A stretch of 64,000 nt of DNA, taken from NCBI GenBank assembly GCA_017473085.1, contig JAFUNF010000012.1, positions 29,415 through 93,414 on the forward strand. The letters are read 5' to 3'. A program made the translations under genes and the position numbers. This stretch comes from Clostridia bacterium (lineage in GTDB: Bacteria; Bacillota; Clostridia; Oscillospirales; CAG-272). The stretch's first letter is position 1. Each line of letters starts with the position of its first letter. A model generated the notes under the pieces. The model was not told the origin of the DNA. It saw nothing but the letters and a program-made list of their open reading frames with translations, and did no database searches. This document shows, in pieces, positions 38,925 to 47,378 of this stretch.

Positions 38925-40726
38925 TGAAGACAATTCCAATTTTCTATGCTTGTGATGATGCTTTTGTAAAATATACAATAGTTTCACTCAGCTCAATGAT
39001 TAAAAATGCGTCCTTGGAATACAAGTACAAGGTTCATGTATTAAGCACCAACATTTCTGACGATATGAAGAGCAGATTAAGCGCTCTTCAAAATGATAAT
39101 TTTGAGGTTGTGTTTGCAGACGTTAACGAGTATTTAGACTCAGTTGAAAAGGAGCTTCCTCTAAGACACTACTACTCTGTTACTACCTATTACAGACTTT
39201 TCATTTCTGAAATGTATCCCGAATACGACAAGGCTATTTATATTGATAGTGACACTATCGTTTTAGGAGATATTAGTGAGCTTTACAATACTGATATTGG
39301 CGATTTCTATATGGCAGGCTGTCGCGAGCAAGCTATGGAGCAGGTTGACGTTTATGGCACCTATTGTGAAAAAGTTGTTGGTGTTAGCAGACACGAATTT
39401 TTCAATGCAGGTATGATGCTTATTAACTGCCGTCAATTCCGTGAAAAGCAAATTTTAAAGAATTTCGTTAAAACCCTTGACGAGTATAACTTTATCGTTA
39501 CACAGGACGAGGACTACCTAAACTATCTTTGCAAGGACCACGTTTATTGGCTCGACCAAAAATGGAACACCGAGCTTACCGATGGACTTGAATACCCTTA
39601 CGATTACAGAGGGGCTAATATTCTCCACTACATTATGGTAAACAAGCCTTGGCACTATCACGATTGCCGGGGTGCTGACATTTTCTGGTCCTATGCAGAA
39701 AAGACCTCTGTTTACGATATGCTAAAGGCAGAGCTTGAAGCATACACAGATGAGCAAAGAATAAGAGATGCAGAGTCTGCAAAAAATCTTTATCAAATGG
39801 CTATTGACGAAACAAATCGTGAGGATAATTTCTTAAATCGATTAAAAAAAAACAAAACCCCATACAGAGTTGAGCTTGAGGAAAAAATAGCACAATACGA
39901 GCGCGAGGGCAGATTCGACGAGGACGTTGAGGATGACCCACCCTCAAGACAAATTATGCCTGACGAAATTGACTATCTCAGGAGAAGTCCAATTGCCAAG
40001 CTAAAAACAAAGGTTGCTCACGAAAAGGCTAAGGTTTTCTTGAAAACCATTCTTGATAAAAAAATTATGATTATCAAGGATATAAAGGGCGTTGAAAATT
40101 GGCAAAATTTAAAGAGTGGTGCAATAATTACCTGTAATCACTTCAATGCCTTTGATAGCTTTGCTATTCAAGAGGCTTATCACGCATCAAAAAAGTGGCC
40201 AAAGCAAAAGTTTTACAGAGTTATTAAGGAAGGCAATTACACCTCGTTCCCAGGCTTTTTTGGAGAGCTTATGCGTCACTTCTACACACTTCCCTTGTCC
40301 TCAAATTTAAAGACAATGGTTAAGTTTACAGAGGCTACGAATACACTTCTACAAAAGGGCAACTACATTCTCTTCTACCCCGAGCAGGCTATGTGGTGGA
40401 ATTACAGAAAGCCAAGACCTGTAAAGCCAGGTGCTTACAAGTTTGCAGTTAAAAACAACGTGCCTGTGCTCCCTTGCTTCATTACAATGAGGGACTCAGG
40501 TATTCTTGGTGAGGATTTAAGAAAATCTATTAAGGACTTTGACGTTGATGAAAACTTTATTCCAAATGGTTATTTCGTTCAAGAATACACTATCCATATA
40601 GGCGAGCCTATTTATCCTAAGTCAGAGCTTAGCTACAAGGAAAATATGGAATATATGGCAAGCGAAAACTTCCGTGCTTGGAAGGAGATTTACGAAAAGG
40701 AATATCAAACAACACTTAAATACTAA
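38924..40726 (+). CDS. GT8 glycosyltransferase fused to a PlsC-like acyltransferase
   Basis: N-terminal YIDSD, FNAG, QDEDYLN, HY...KPW; C-terminal CNHFNAFD and FYPEQAMWWNY. Confidence 0.85.
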   Translation: MKTIPIFYACDDAFVKYTIVSLSSMIKNASLEYKYKVHVLSTNISDDMKSRLSALQNDNFEVVFADVNEYLDSVEKELPLRHYYSVTTYYRLFISEMYPEYDKAIYIDSDTIVLGDISELYNTDIGDFYMAGCREQAMEQVDVYGTYCEKVVGVSRHEFFNAGMMLINCRQFREKQILKNFVKTLDEYNFIVTQDEDYLNYLCKDHVYWLDQKWNTELTDGLEYPYDYRGANILHYIMVNKPWHYHDCRGADIFWSYAEKTSVYDMLKAELEAYTDEQRIRDAESAKNLYQMAIDETNREDNFLNRLKKNKTPYRVELEEKIAQYEREGRFDEDVEDDPPSRQIMPDEIDYLRRSPIAKLKTKVAHEKAKVFLKTILDKKIMIIKDIKGVENWQNLKSGAIITCNHFNAFDSFAIQEAYHASKKWPKQKFYRVIKEGNYTSFPGFFGELMRHFYTLPLSSNLKTMVKFTEATNTLLQKGNYILFYPEQAMWWNYRKPRPVKPGAYKFAVKNNVPVLPCFITMRDSGILGEDLRKSIKDFDVDENFIPNGYFVQEYTIHIGEPIYPKSELSYKENMEYMASENFRAWKEIYEKEYQTTLKY

Positions 40727-40778
40727 CAAAAAAGCTTGACGGACTTAGCGTGTTATCCTTAACGGAGAACACGCTAAA

Positions 40779-40997
40779 ACTAAGTTTGCCCTCGGGGCAA
40801 GTGAAGTTATCTGCGATAGTGAAGTTCACTTTGTGAGTGAAGTTTCGCCTGCGGCGAAGTAGGGGTTCCCCGAGACGAATGAAATGAGGCTTGGGGGTTC
40901 CCGAAGTGGTGGGTAAACTTAACTTCACTGCAAGCGTAAGCTACGCAACTTCACTGTGCATAGCACAACTTCACTTTTGCGATAGCAAAAACTTCAC
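40779..40997 (+). repeat. Ladder-type structured element (GTGAAGT+hairpin units, then AACTTCAC+hairpin units) with a nested 41-bp insert
   Basis: GTGAAG at 40801, 40819 and 40837; CTTCAC at 40923, 40949, 40969 and 40992. Confidence 0.75.
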
Positions 40998-41060
40998 AAA
41001 CAGAAAAAGAGAGAACATTTCGGTTACTACGAACCGAAATGTTCTCTCTTTTTTTGTTTG
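40997..41060. terminator. Long bidirectional terminator
   Basis: AAAAAGAGAGAACATTTCGGTT...AACCGAAATGTTCTCTCTTTTT. Confidence 0.85.
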
Positions 41061-41063
41061 ATG

Positions 41064-42695
41064 TTATTCCTTAGGATTTAAAATTGCACTAACCTGTGTA
41101 TAGGTTATTGTTGATGCACTTGTGCTTACGGTTTCGTTTTCTATGTAGTAAACGCTCTCTCCTCCGATTACAAAGCCACAGAAGTAAAGGGCTGTGTCCT
41201 CGTAGCCGTCAATGCCACCAATCTTAATTGCAATTTCGTCGTAGGATTTTTCTGTATAGTCAACCATTGCAATCTTTTCGTGTGCCTTGTTGCCCTGTGT
41301 GTCGATTAGGTTACCATTGAATGGTGAGCTTGCATTTTCGCCAACGGCTAAAACGCCAAGCTTAAGGTTCTCGAAGTGTACCTTGTAATCATCAACGAGG
41401 TCCTTATCTACTACAAAGCTATGCATCATAGCCTTGCTACCTGGAATTTCACTATTTGAATAGCCTCTTGCGTGGATTAGCTTGTCAAGTGTTTCGATTA
41501 CATTTTCCTCGCCACACTCACGACTACACTCGGTATAAACCTTGTATTCACTCATAAATGCTTGACCTACAAACGTCTTTTTGATTTCATCGCTTGGTGC
41601 GTGCTGATCGTTATAGAATGCCTTACATTTATTGTAGCCATATACAATGTAGTAGCCTGTTGCAATTTCGCCAACCTTTTTACCTGTTAGCTCCTCGTAC
41701 TCTGCCTCGGTGCATACAATCGCATCGTAAATTCTGTTAAGACCAACACAATTTTCGCCTGTTGCCTCGTCAGCAGCCTTAAATCTTGCTTGAAGAGCAA
41801 GTGCTTGCTCCTTTGTACCTGTGTAAACAAAGGTTATATTTTTTGGGTTATTGTTAGTTCCACTAACGCCGTTAGTTTTAGCTCCCTCCCAGTGGAACAT
41901 ATTTGATGGTGGCTCACTTGTTACGCTTGATCCATAGAAGGTTTCAGGTAAATACCAAACAGAGCCACTTGTAGCACAGTCGGACATTGAACCAGCCATT
42001 GTTTGAAGATTTGCACCAAAAACAATTGTTTTTAGCTTCGAGCAGGAGGCAAACGCTCCACCCTTAATCTCTGTTACGCAGTTAGGAAATACTATTGTTT
42101 CAAGTGATGTACATTTTTGAAAAAAGTTTAATGGAATATAGCTAATGTTATATCCTTCTCCAAACGTAACTTCTTTGAGTGAAGTGCAGCTTGCAAAATG
42201 ATTTTGTCCATTGTAGGTTGTCAATGTGCCTGGAATAACAATACTTTCAAGCTTTGAGCACGCCTCAAAGCATCCCCACTCGAACGTTGTAACCGCGGTA
42301 TTCTCTGGAAAAACAACCTCAACAAGAGCCTGACCATAGTTCTCATTTTTGCCACCATTCAATTGAGCGGTGATTTTGATAACATTTAACGGAATCTCAA
42401 TTCTTATGATACTGTTCTTTCCGTATTCCTTAGTAAATGCAGTATTTACTCGAGTAAAATCCAAGCTAAAGCTTGTAGAGCTTTTAACAATATAACGTGC
42501 AGGATATGTGTGATATTCTGTGCCATCATAAAGTACAACTCTTGCCGTTTCATCTGTTGACATATCGGTTAGGTCAATTGTATCGCTTGTTTCAACTGTA
42601 CCAAATTCGTTTGTCGAAGCAGCACTTACCGAAAATGAAAGCACACATACAAGTGACACAACCATTATAGCTATTAATAAAAGCTTTCTTTTCAT
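41064..42695 (-). CDS. BspA-type LRR surface protein
   Basis: Start moved to ATG 42695 (AGGAGA RBS); signal peptide ending VSA; F..C..L..I.FP repeats. Confidence 0.85.
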   Translation of the reverse strand: MKRKLLLIAIMVVSLVCVLSFSVSAASTNEFGTVETSDTIDLTDMSTDETARVVLYDGTEYHTYPARYIVKSSTSFSLDFTRVNTAFTKEYGKNSIIRIEIPLNVIKITAQLNGGKNENYGQALVEVVFPENTAVTTFEWGCFEACSKLESIVIPGTLTTYNGQNHFASCTSLKEVTFGEGYNISYIPLNFFQKCTSLETIVFPNCVTEIKGGAFASCSKLKTIVFGANLQTMAGSMSDCATSGSVWYLPETFYGSSVTSEPPSNMFHWEGAKTNGVSGTNNNPKNITFVYTGTKEQALALQARFKAADEATGENCVGLNRIYDAIVCTEAEYEELTGKKVGEIATGYYIVYGYNKCKAFYNDQHAPSDEIKKTFVGQAFMSEYKVYTECSRECGEENVIETLDKLIHARGYSNSEIPGSKAMMHSFVVDKDLVDDYKVHFENLKLGVLAVGENASSPFNGNLIDTQGNKAHEKIAMVDYTEKSYDEIAIKIGGIDGYEDTALYFCGFVIGGESVYYIENETVSTSASTITYTQVSAILNPKE

Positions 42696-42715
42696 AAAAT
42701 TCTCCTTATACTGTT

Positions 42716-42746
42716 GCAAGGGCACATTTTGTATTAGTGCCCTTGC
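42716..42746 (-). terminator. Hairpin after the last peptide-gene 3' copy
   Basis: GCAAGGGCAC...GTGCCCTTGC; no strong U-tract. Confidence 0.5.
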
Positions 42747-42799
42747 CAATTGTTATTTTAGAACAATAAGTCCTTAATATCTGCAGTAGAAGTTCACAC

Positions 42800-42880
42800 G
42801 CCTTCCCCTTGAGGGGAAGGGGGACCACGTCCACAAAATTAAAAATACGCAAATGCTACAATTAGTGGTGGATGAGGTGT
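42800..42880 (+). repeat. REP-like element A
   Basis: GCCTTCCCCTTGAGGGGAAGGGGGACC...GGTGGATGAGGTGT. Confidence 0.8.
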
Positions 42881-42962
42881 TGAATTTCTCTACATTAGAA
42901 CAATAAGTCCTTAATATCTGCCGTTGAAGTACCCTTTGTTACCTCTACCTCGCCCTCGTAAT

Positions 42963-43019
42963 AGCCTTCCCCTTTGTTCGGAGGGGAAGGTGTCTGCATA
43001 GCAGACGGATGAGGTGTAG
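42963..43019 (+). repeat. REP-like element B
   Basis: AGCCTTCCCCT..GAGGGGAAGGTGTCTGCATAGCAGACGGATGAGGTGTAG. Confidence 0.8.
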
Positions 43020-43024
43020 TCCTA

Positions 43025-43192
43025 TTAGAACAATAAGTCCTTAATATCTGCTGTTGAAGTACCCTTTGTTACCTCTACCTCGCCCTCGCCGAAGTCAAAT
43101 GTCTCCGTTGAGGTTGCAATATCATTAGGAGAAAACTCCATTATGTCCTCGCTTGAGATTATTTCAAGCTTATATTCTGGTTTAATATACAT
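43025..43192 (-). CDS. Unannotated 55-aa acidic peptide MYIKPEYKLEIISSEDIMEFSPNDIATSTETFDFGEGEVEVTKGTSTADIKDLLF
   Basis: AAGGAGGAG RBS 6 nt upstream of ATG; duplicated 3' ends differ only at synonymous sites. Confidence 0.75.
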   Translation of the reverse strand: MYIKPEYKLEIISSEDIMEFSPNDIATSTETFDFGEGEVEVTKGTSTADIKDLLF

Positions 43193-43261
43193 CTTTTACT
43201 CCTCCTTACTTGGATTTAAAATATAAATTTTTTATTGTGGAGATTTCACGCTACTTTGTAG

Positions 43262-43345
43262 CTACACCTCATCCACCGCTGATGTTTGCTTCTGCTTACA
43301 TTTAGCTTAGTGGTTGCGGTCCCCCTTCCCCTCAAGGGGAAGGCT
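43262..43345 (-). repeat. REP-like element C (inverted relative to A and B)
   Basis: CTACACCTCATCCACCGC...GCGGTCCCCCTTCCCCTCAAGGGGAAGGCT. Confidence 0.8.
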
Positions 43346-43346
43346 G

Positions 43347-45617
43347 TTACTCCTCCTTGTTTCCTGATAAAATTGCGCTAACCTGTGTATAGGTTATAGT
43401 TGATGCACTTGTGCTTACGGTTTCGTTTTCTATGTAGTAAACGCTCTCTCCACCAATTACAAAGCCACAGAAGTAAAGGGCTGTGTCCTCGTAGCCATCA
43501 ATGCCACCAATCTTAATTGCAATTTCGTCGTATGACTTTTCGGTAAAGTCAACCATTGCAATCTTTTCGTGTGCCTTGTTGCCCTGTGTGTCGATTAGGT
43601 TACCATTAAATGGTGACTCTGCGTTTTCGCCAACGGCTAAAACTCCAAGCTTAAGATTCTCGAAGTGTACCTTGTAATCATCAACAAGGTCCTTATCTAC
43701 TACAAAGCTATGCATCATAGCCTTACTACCTGGAATTTCACTATTTGAATAGCCTCTTGCGTGAATCAGCTTGTCAAGTGTTTCGATTACATTTTCCTCG
43801 CCACACGCACGACCACACTCGGTATAAACCTTGTATTCACTCATAAACTCTTGACCAACAAAGGATTTCTTAATTTCCGCACTTGCAGAATGTACACCCT
43901 CGTAGAATGCCTCGCACTTGTTGTAGCCGTAAACCAAATATCTTGCAGGTGTACCACTAACACCTGTTACAAGTGTTCCATCTGCTACGGCTTTAGCATA
44001 GTCCTCTGCACTGATAAGTGTCATTGTTGCAATATAGGTATTTACTCCTTGTGCAGATTCAAGAATTGCCTCTGCTTGTGATTTAGTTCCTGTGTAGAAG
44101 AATGTCAAGTTGAGATATTGATTATTATATTCATTTGCATTGTTGTCATTCCAAGAGAAGATGTTATTTCTTACACCATTAAAGGTATCAGAAAGATAAA
44201 CGTACTTTAGAGTTGAACCATTTGCAAATGGTGGTTGAGTTGCGTTGTTTGCGTCAAAGTCAACGAAGGAAGCACCAAGATTTACGCTTTCAAGATTTGT
44301 ACAGCCATTAAATGTGCTCTGGCCAATTCTTAAAAGGCTGTTAGGGAATACAATTTCCTTAATTGCAGTCTTTTGGAAGCCGTGTGCTCCAACCTTTTCA
44401 AGTAGTGCACCCTCCATTTCAAAGGTAACTGTTGAAAGAGATGTGCAAGAATCAAAGCAGTTGTTTCCAATGTACGTTACACTTGCAGGAATATGAATTG
44501 AGGTAAGAGATGAACAGCCACTAAAGGTAGATGGCCAAAGTCCTGTAAGACCACTTGGCAAATTAATGGATGCAAGACTTGTGCATCCAGAAAATACAGA
44601 TGAGCCATTAGCATCTCTTCCCAATTTGGTTAGTGTGCTTGGAAGCTTAACAGATGTAATTTGTGTGTTTGTGAAAGCACTGTAATCAATTTGAGTAACT
44701 CCTTCAGGGATTACGATATCTCCAACCAAGCCAGAATTTTGGAATGTTCTGTGAGCAATAAAGGTTAATTTGCTATTTGGAGCAAAGGTAAGACTTGTAA
44801 AGCTTTTCACGTCCTCTACTACCTGATAACCAATCTTAGTTACTGATGCTGGCACGTAAAGTGATGTAAGACCACTGCCGTAAAACGCCATTGCTCCAAT
44901 TTCAGTTGCTCCCTCTGGGATTGTGATTTCAGTCAAGCTCGCACAACCATAGAACATACTACTACCGATAAGCTTTGGACTAACAAGATTTACGTCTGTC
45001 AATGAAGTACAATTTTGGAATACACCACCACCGAAGTTTGCATTACCTTCAACTGTTAGCTTTTGAAGACTTGCACAGCCTTTGAATGCACCATTGTTAA
45101 ATTGTACGATTTGTGATGGTACTGTAAACTCTGTAAAGGTGCAATTTTCAAACGCATTGTCGCCAATTGCGGTTGCAGTACCAAAATCAACAGTTCTTAA
45201 AGAAACCCAGTCCTTACAGGTACTACCAGAAATCGCTGTAAAATTGCCAGAATATACTGGGAACTTTATTTCTGTTACGTTTGCAAATTGTGTTGCGTCG
45301 GTTGGTGCCCCCACCTGCTTTACGGTTTTATTGTTAGTACCGTAAGGGGTTGCACCCGACATATCAATTTTTACGATTTTTGTTTTGTCAACCAAATTTG
45401 TTTGCTCAGGCTCAAGATAAAAATCCCTTGCGAGCGAAATTTTTGGTGTCCAAGTGTCGAAGTCGTTTGTTGAATAAACCTTTGTATATTCGGTATCTCC
45501 ATCAAACAAAACCTCGAACTCAATGTACATCGCTGGTGTTTCTGCGCTTACAGCTATTGCAAGCACGCTAAACAACATAACAACGAGTGTGAAAACGAGT
45601 AAAAGCTTCTTTTTCAT
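43347..45617 (-). CDS. BspA-type LRR surface protein
   Basis: Signal peptide ending VSA; more than 10 LRR_5 repeats; C-terminus nearly identical to 41064-42695. Confidence 0.9.
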   Translation of the reverse strand: MKKKLLLVFTLVVMLFSVLAIAVSAETPAMYIEFEVLFDGDTEYTKVYSTNDFDTWTPKISLARDFYLEPEQTNLVDKTKIVKIDMSGATPYGTNNKTVKQVGAPTDATQFANVTEIKFPVYSGNFTAISGSTCKDWVSLRTVDFGTATAIGDNAFENCTFTEFTVPSQIVQFNNGAFKGCASLQKLTVEGNANFGGGVFQNCTSLTDVNLVSPKLIGSSMFYGCASLTEITIPEGATEIGAMAFYGSGLTSLYVPASVTKIGYQVVEDVKSFTSLTFAPNSKLTFIAHRTFQNSGLVGDIVIPEGVTQIDYSAFTNTQITSVKLPSTLTKLGRDANGSSVFSGCTSLASINLPSGLTGLWPSTFSGCSSLTSIHIPASVTYIGNNCFDSCTSLSTVTFEMEGALLEKVGAHGFQKTAIKEIVFPNSLLRIGQSTFNGCTNLESVNLGASFVDFDANNATQPPFANGSTLKYVYLSDTFNGVRNNIFSWNDNNANEYNNQYLNLTFFYTGTKSQAEAILESAQGVNTYIATMTLISAEDYAKAVADGTLVTGVSGTPARYLVYGYNKCEAFYEGVHSASAEIKKSFVGQEFMSEYKVYTECGRACGEENVIETLDKLIHARGYSNSEIPGSKAMMHSFVVDKDLVDDYKVHFENLKLGVLAVGENAESPFNGNLIDTQGNKAHEKIAMVDFTEKSYDEIAIKIGGIDGYEDTALYFCGFVIGGESVYYIENETVSTSASTITYTQVSAILSGNKEE

Positions 45618-45649
45618 AGTTCTCTCCTATATTATAAAATTATATTCAA

Positions 45650-45678
45650 ATTGTAGCACACGCGTGTAAGATTGTCAA
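45650..45678 (-). promoter_or_regulatory. sigmaA promoter of the LRR-peptide-LRR unit
   Basis: TTGACA-17-TACAAT with TG; ACACGCGTGT palindrome in the spacer. Confidence 0.6.
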
Positions 45679-45889
45679 GTAAGCTAAAATCGCTTCTACA
45701 CTACAAAATATCGCTTTCATTGAAATAGTTTTGTTTATTTTTACAAGTGCTAACAAAAATGTCAAGAAGAGTGTTTGATTTTTTTGTTTCCTTGTTATTT
45801 ATTTTATGTAGCTTTTGTTGATTTTTAACAAAATTTAGTCATTTCAAAAAAATTTGTAAACATTTTGTGAATTTGTATTTTTTAACTAT

Positions 45890-45928
45890 AAAAAGCCACT
45901 TGATTAAATGTCAAGTGGCTTGCTTTTT
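45890..45928 (-). terminator. his operon terminator
   Basis: AAGCCACTTGA..TCAAGTGGCTT with A/T tails. Confidence 0.75.
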
Positions 45929-46718
45929 ATAAGATTTGTGATAGCGAGGTTATATAGGAATAGCCCTTTTGCTTTAGTCTTTCCTTTTCTTTTTCAAGAT
46001 TAAAGTCAATTGTTTCCGTGGAGTGAGTGTCCGAGCAAATAACAAAGGGCTTGCCCTGCTTTGCTATTATGTCAATCATTTCGTCACTTGGGTACGGACT
46101 CGTGCGATAGCCACGAGAAATTGCACCTGTGTTTATTTCGTAGATTACAGGAGTGTCCTTTAGCTTTTTTAGTGCCCCTGTGTATGCTTTTATGTATCTT
46201 GGGTGAGTTGTATCTATAAGTGGCTCTATTTCGTTAAACTTTGTAATCAGATCAAAGTGTCCTATTATATGGCACTTAGTTTTGTTATACAAATCCCCCA
46301 CTAACTCGTAATAATCCTCGCAATATGCCAGTGCGTCGCCGTTGTAGTATTTGTCGATATTTTCCTTTGTTTTATCGACACTTGCATCAAGAGGCAAATA
46401 TACTCCGTTTTTCTGTATATAGTGTACAGAGCCGATTATATATTCATAGTCTTGGGCAGGGACTGAATAATAGTCCTGCTCAATGCCTAAATATACCTTA
46501 ATTTCGTCCTTGTATTTTTCCTTCAGGTCAAGAACCACTCTTTTGTAGGACTCAATTGTCCTAACCTTCGTGTCCCACTCGCAAGAAAAAATCATAGGTG
46601 CGTGGTCGGAAAAGCCATATTCCCTCATACCTAAGGAAATTGCCTTTTTGAGCATTTCCTCAGGAGTGTTTTTTCCATCACTATAACAAGTATGGGTATG
46701 GTAGGTTGATACTTCCAT
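45927..46718 (-). CDS. hisJ: PHP-family histidinol-phosphatase
   Basis: HTHT..SDG, SDH, GSVH, GHFD, EINT and SDTH motifs; last gene of the his operon. Confidence 0.8.
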   Translation of the reverse strand: MEVSTYHTHTCYSDGKNTPEEMLKKAISLGMREYGFSDHAPMIFSCEWDTKVRTIESYKRVVLDLKEKYKDEIKVYLGIEQDYYSVPAQDYEYIIGSVHYIQKNGVYLPLDASVDKTKENIDKYYNGDALAYCEDYYELVGDLYNKTKCHIIGHFDLITKFNEIEPLIDTTHPRYIKAYTGALKKLKDTPVIYEINTGAISRGYRTSPYPSDEMIDIIAKQGKPFVICSDTHSTETIDFNLEKEKERLKQKGYSYITSLSQIL

Positions 46719-47365
46719 TATTTCATTTTCTCTTGCTTAACCTTGTGGTCAATAATATGACGGGAAGCAAGCTCCTTTTGTACATCCTCAACGGAAATTC
46801 CCATTTGTACCATAAGCACCATTACGTGATATGCAAGGTCAGCAATTTCGTAAACTGTTTCAGCCTTATCTCCTGCCTTACCACCGATAATGACCTCAGT
46901 ACATTCCTCTCCAACCTTTTTAAGAATTTTGTCAATTCCCTTTTGGAAAAGATAGGTAGTATATGAGCCCTCAGGCATTTTTTCCTTTCTATCAAGTAAA
47001 AGCTCGTATAAGCCCTCCATTGAAAACTCTTGTCTTTCAGAGCTTTGATATACAGGATTTGTAAAGCAGGTGTCTGTGCCTGTGTGACAAGCAGGTCCGT
47101 CCTTTTCAACCACTACTGTTAGTGCATCGTTATCGCAATCGGCAGTTATAGAAACAATGTGCTGATAGTTGCCACTTGTTTCGCCCTTTAGCCAAAGCTC
47201 CTGTCTTGAACGACTATAAAAGCAGGTAAGCCCCTTCTCCATTGAAATTTTAAGGCTTTCCTTGTTCATATAAGCAACGGTTAAAACCTTTTTGGAATAT
47301 GCATCTACAACTACGGCAGGAATTAAGCCGTTTTCATCAAATTTAAGCTTTTCTATATCTAACAT
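46718..47365 (-). CDS. hisIE: Bifunctional PR-AMP cyclohydrolase / PR-ATP pyrophosphatase
   Basis: SRSRQELWLKGETSG, DCDND, CHTG..CF and KKVGEE motifs. Confidence 0.96.
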   Translation of the reverse strand: MLDIEKLKFDENGLIPAVVVDAYSKKVLTVAYMNKESLKISMEKGLTCFYSRSRQELWLKGETSGNYQHIVSITADCDNDALTVVVEKDGPACHTGTDTCFTNPVYQSSERQEFSMEGLYELLLDRKEKMPEGSYTTYLFQKGIDKILKKVGEECTEVIIGGKAGDKAETVYEIADLAYHVMVLMVQMGISVEDVQKELASRHIIDHKVKQEKMK

Positions 47366-47378
47366 TTTTTGTACCTCG

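Larger units (their letters stand above)
42758..43088 (-). repeat. Three direct copies of the peptide-gene 3' end
   Basis: TTAGAACAATAAGTCCTTAATATCTGC at 42758, 42895 and 43025; extra copies are 36 and 64 bp long. Confidence 0.9.

Noticed and set aside
40716-40928. 70-aa minus-strand ORF
   Set aside because: Reads through the ladder repeat (NFT repeats) and has no RBS
42758-43051. CRISPR array (three 27-bp direct repeats)
   Set aside because: Periods of 137 and 130 bp, spacers contain related REPs, the repeats are a coding 3' end, and there are no cas genes
8084-45900. Single tRNA-anchored genomic island or prophage
   Set aside because: No integrase, no phage or conjugation genes, and no direct repeat of the tRNA-Glu 3' end in the same orientation
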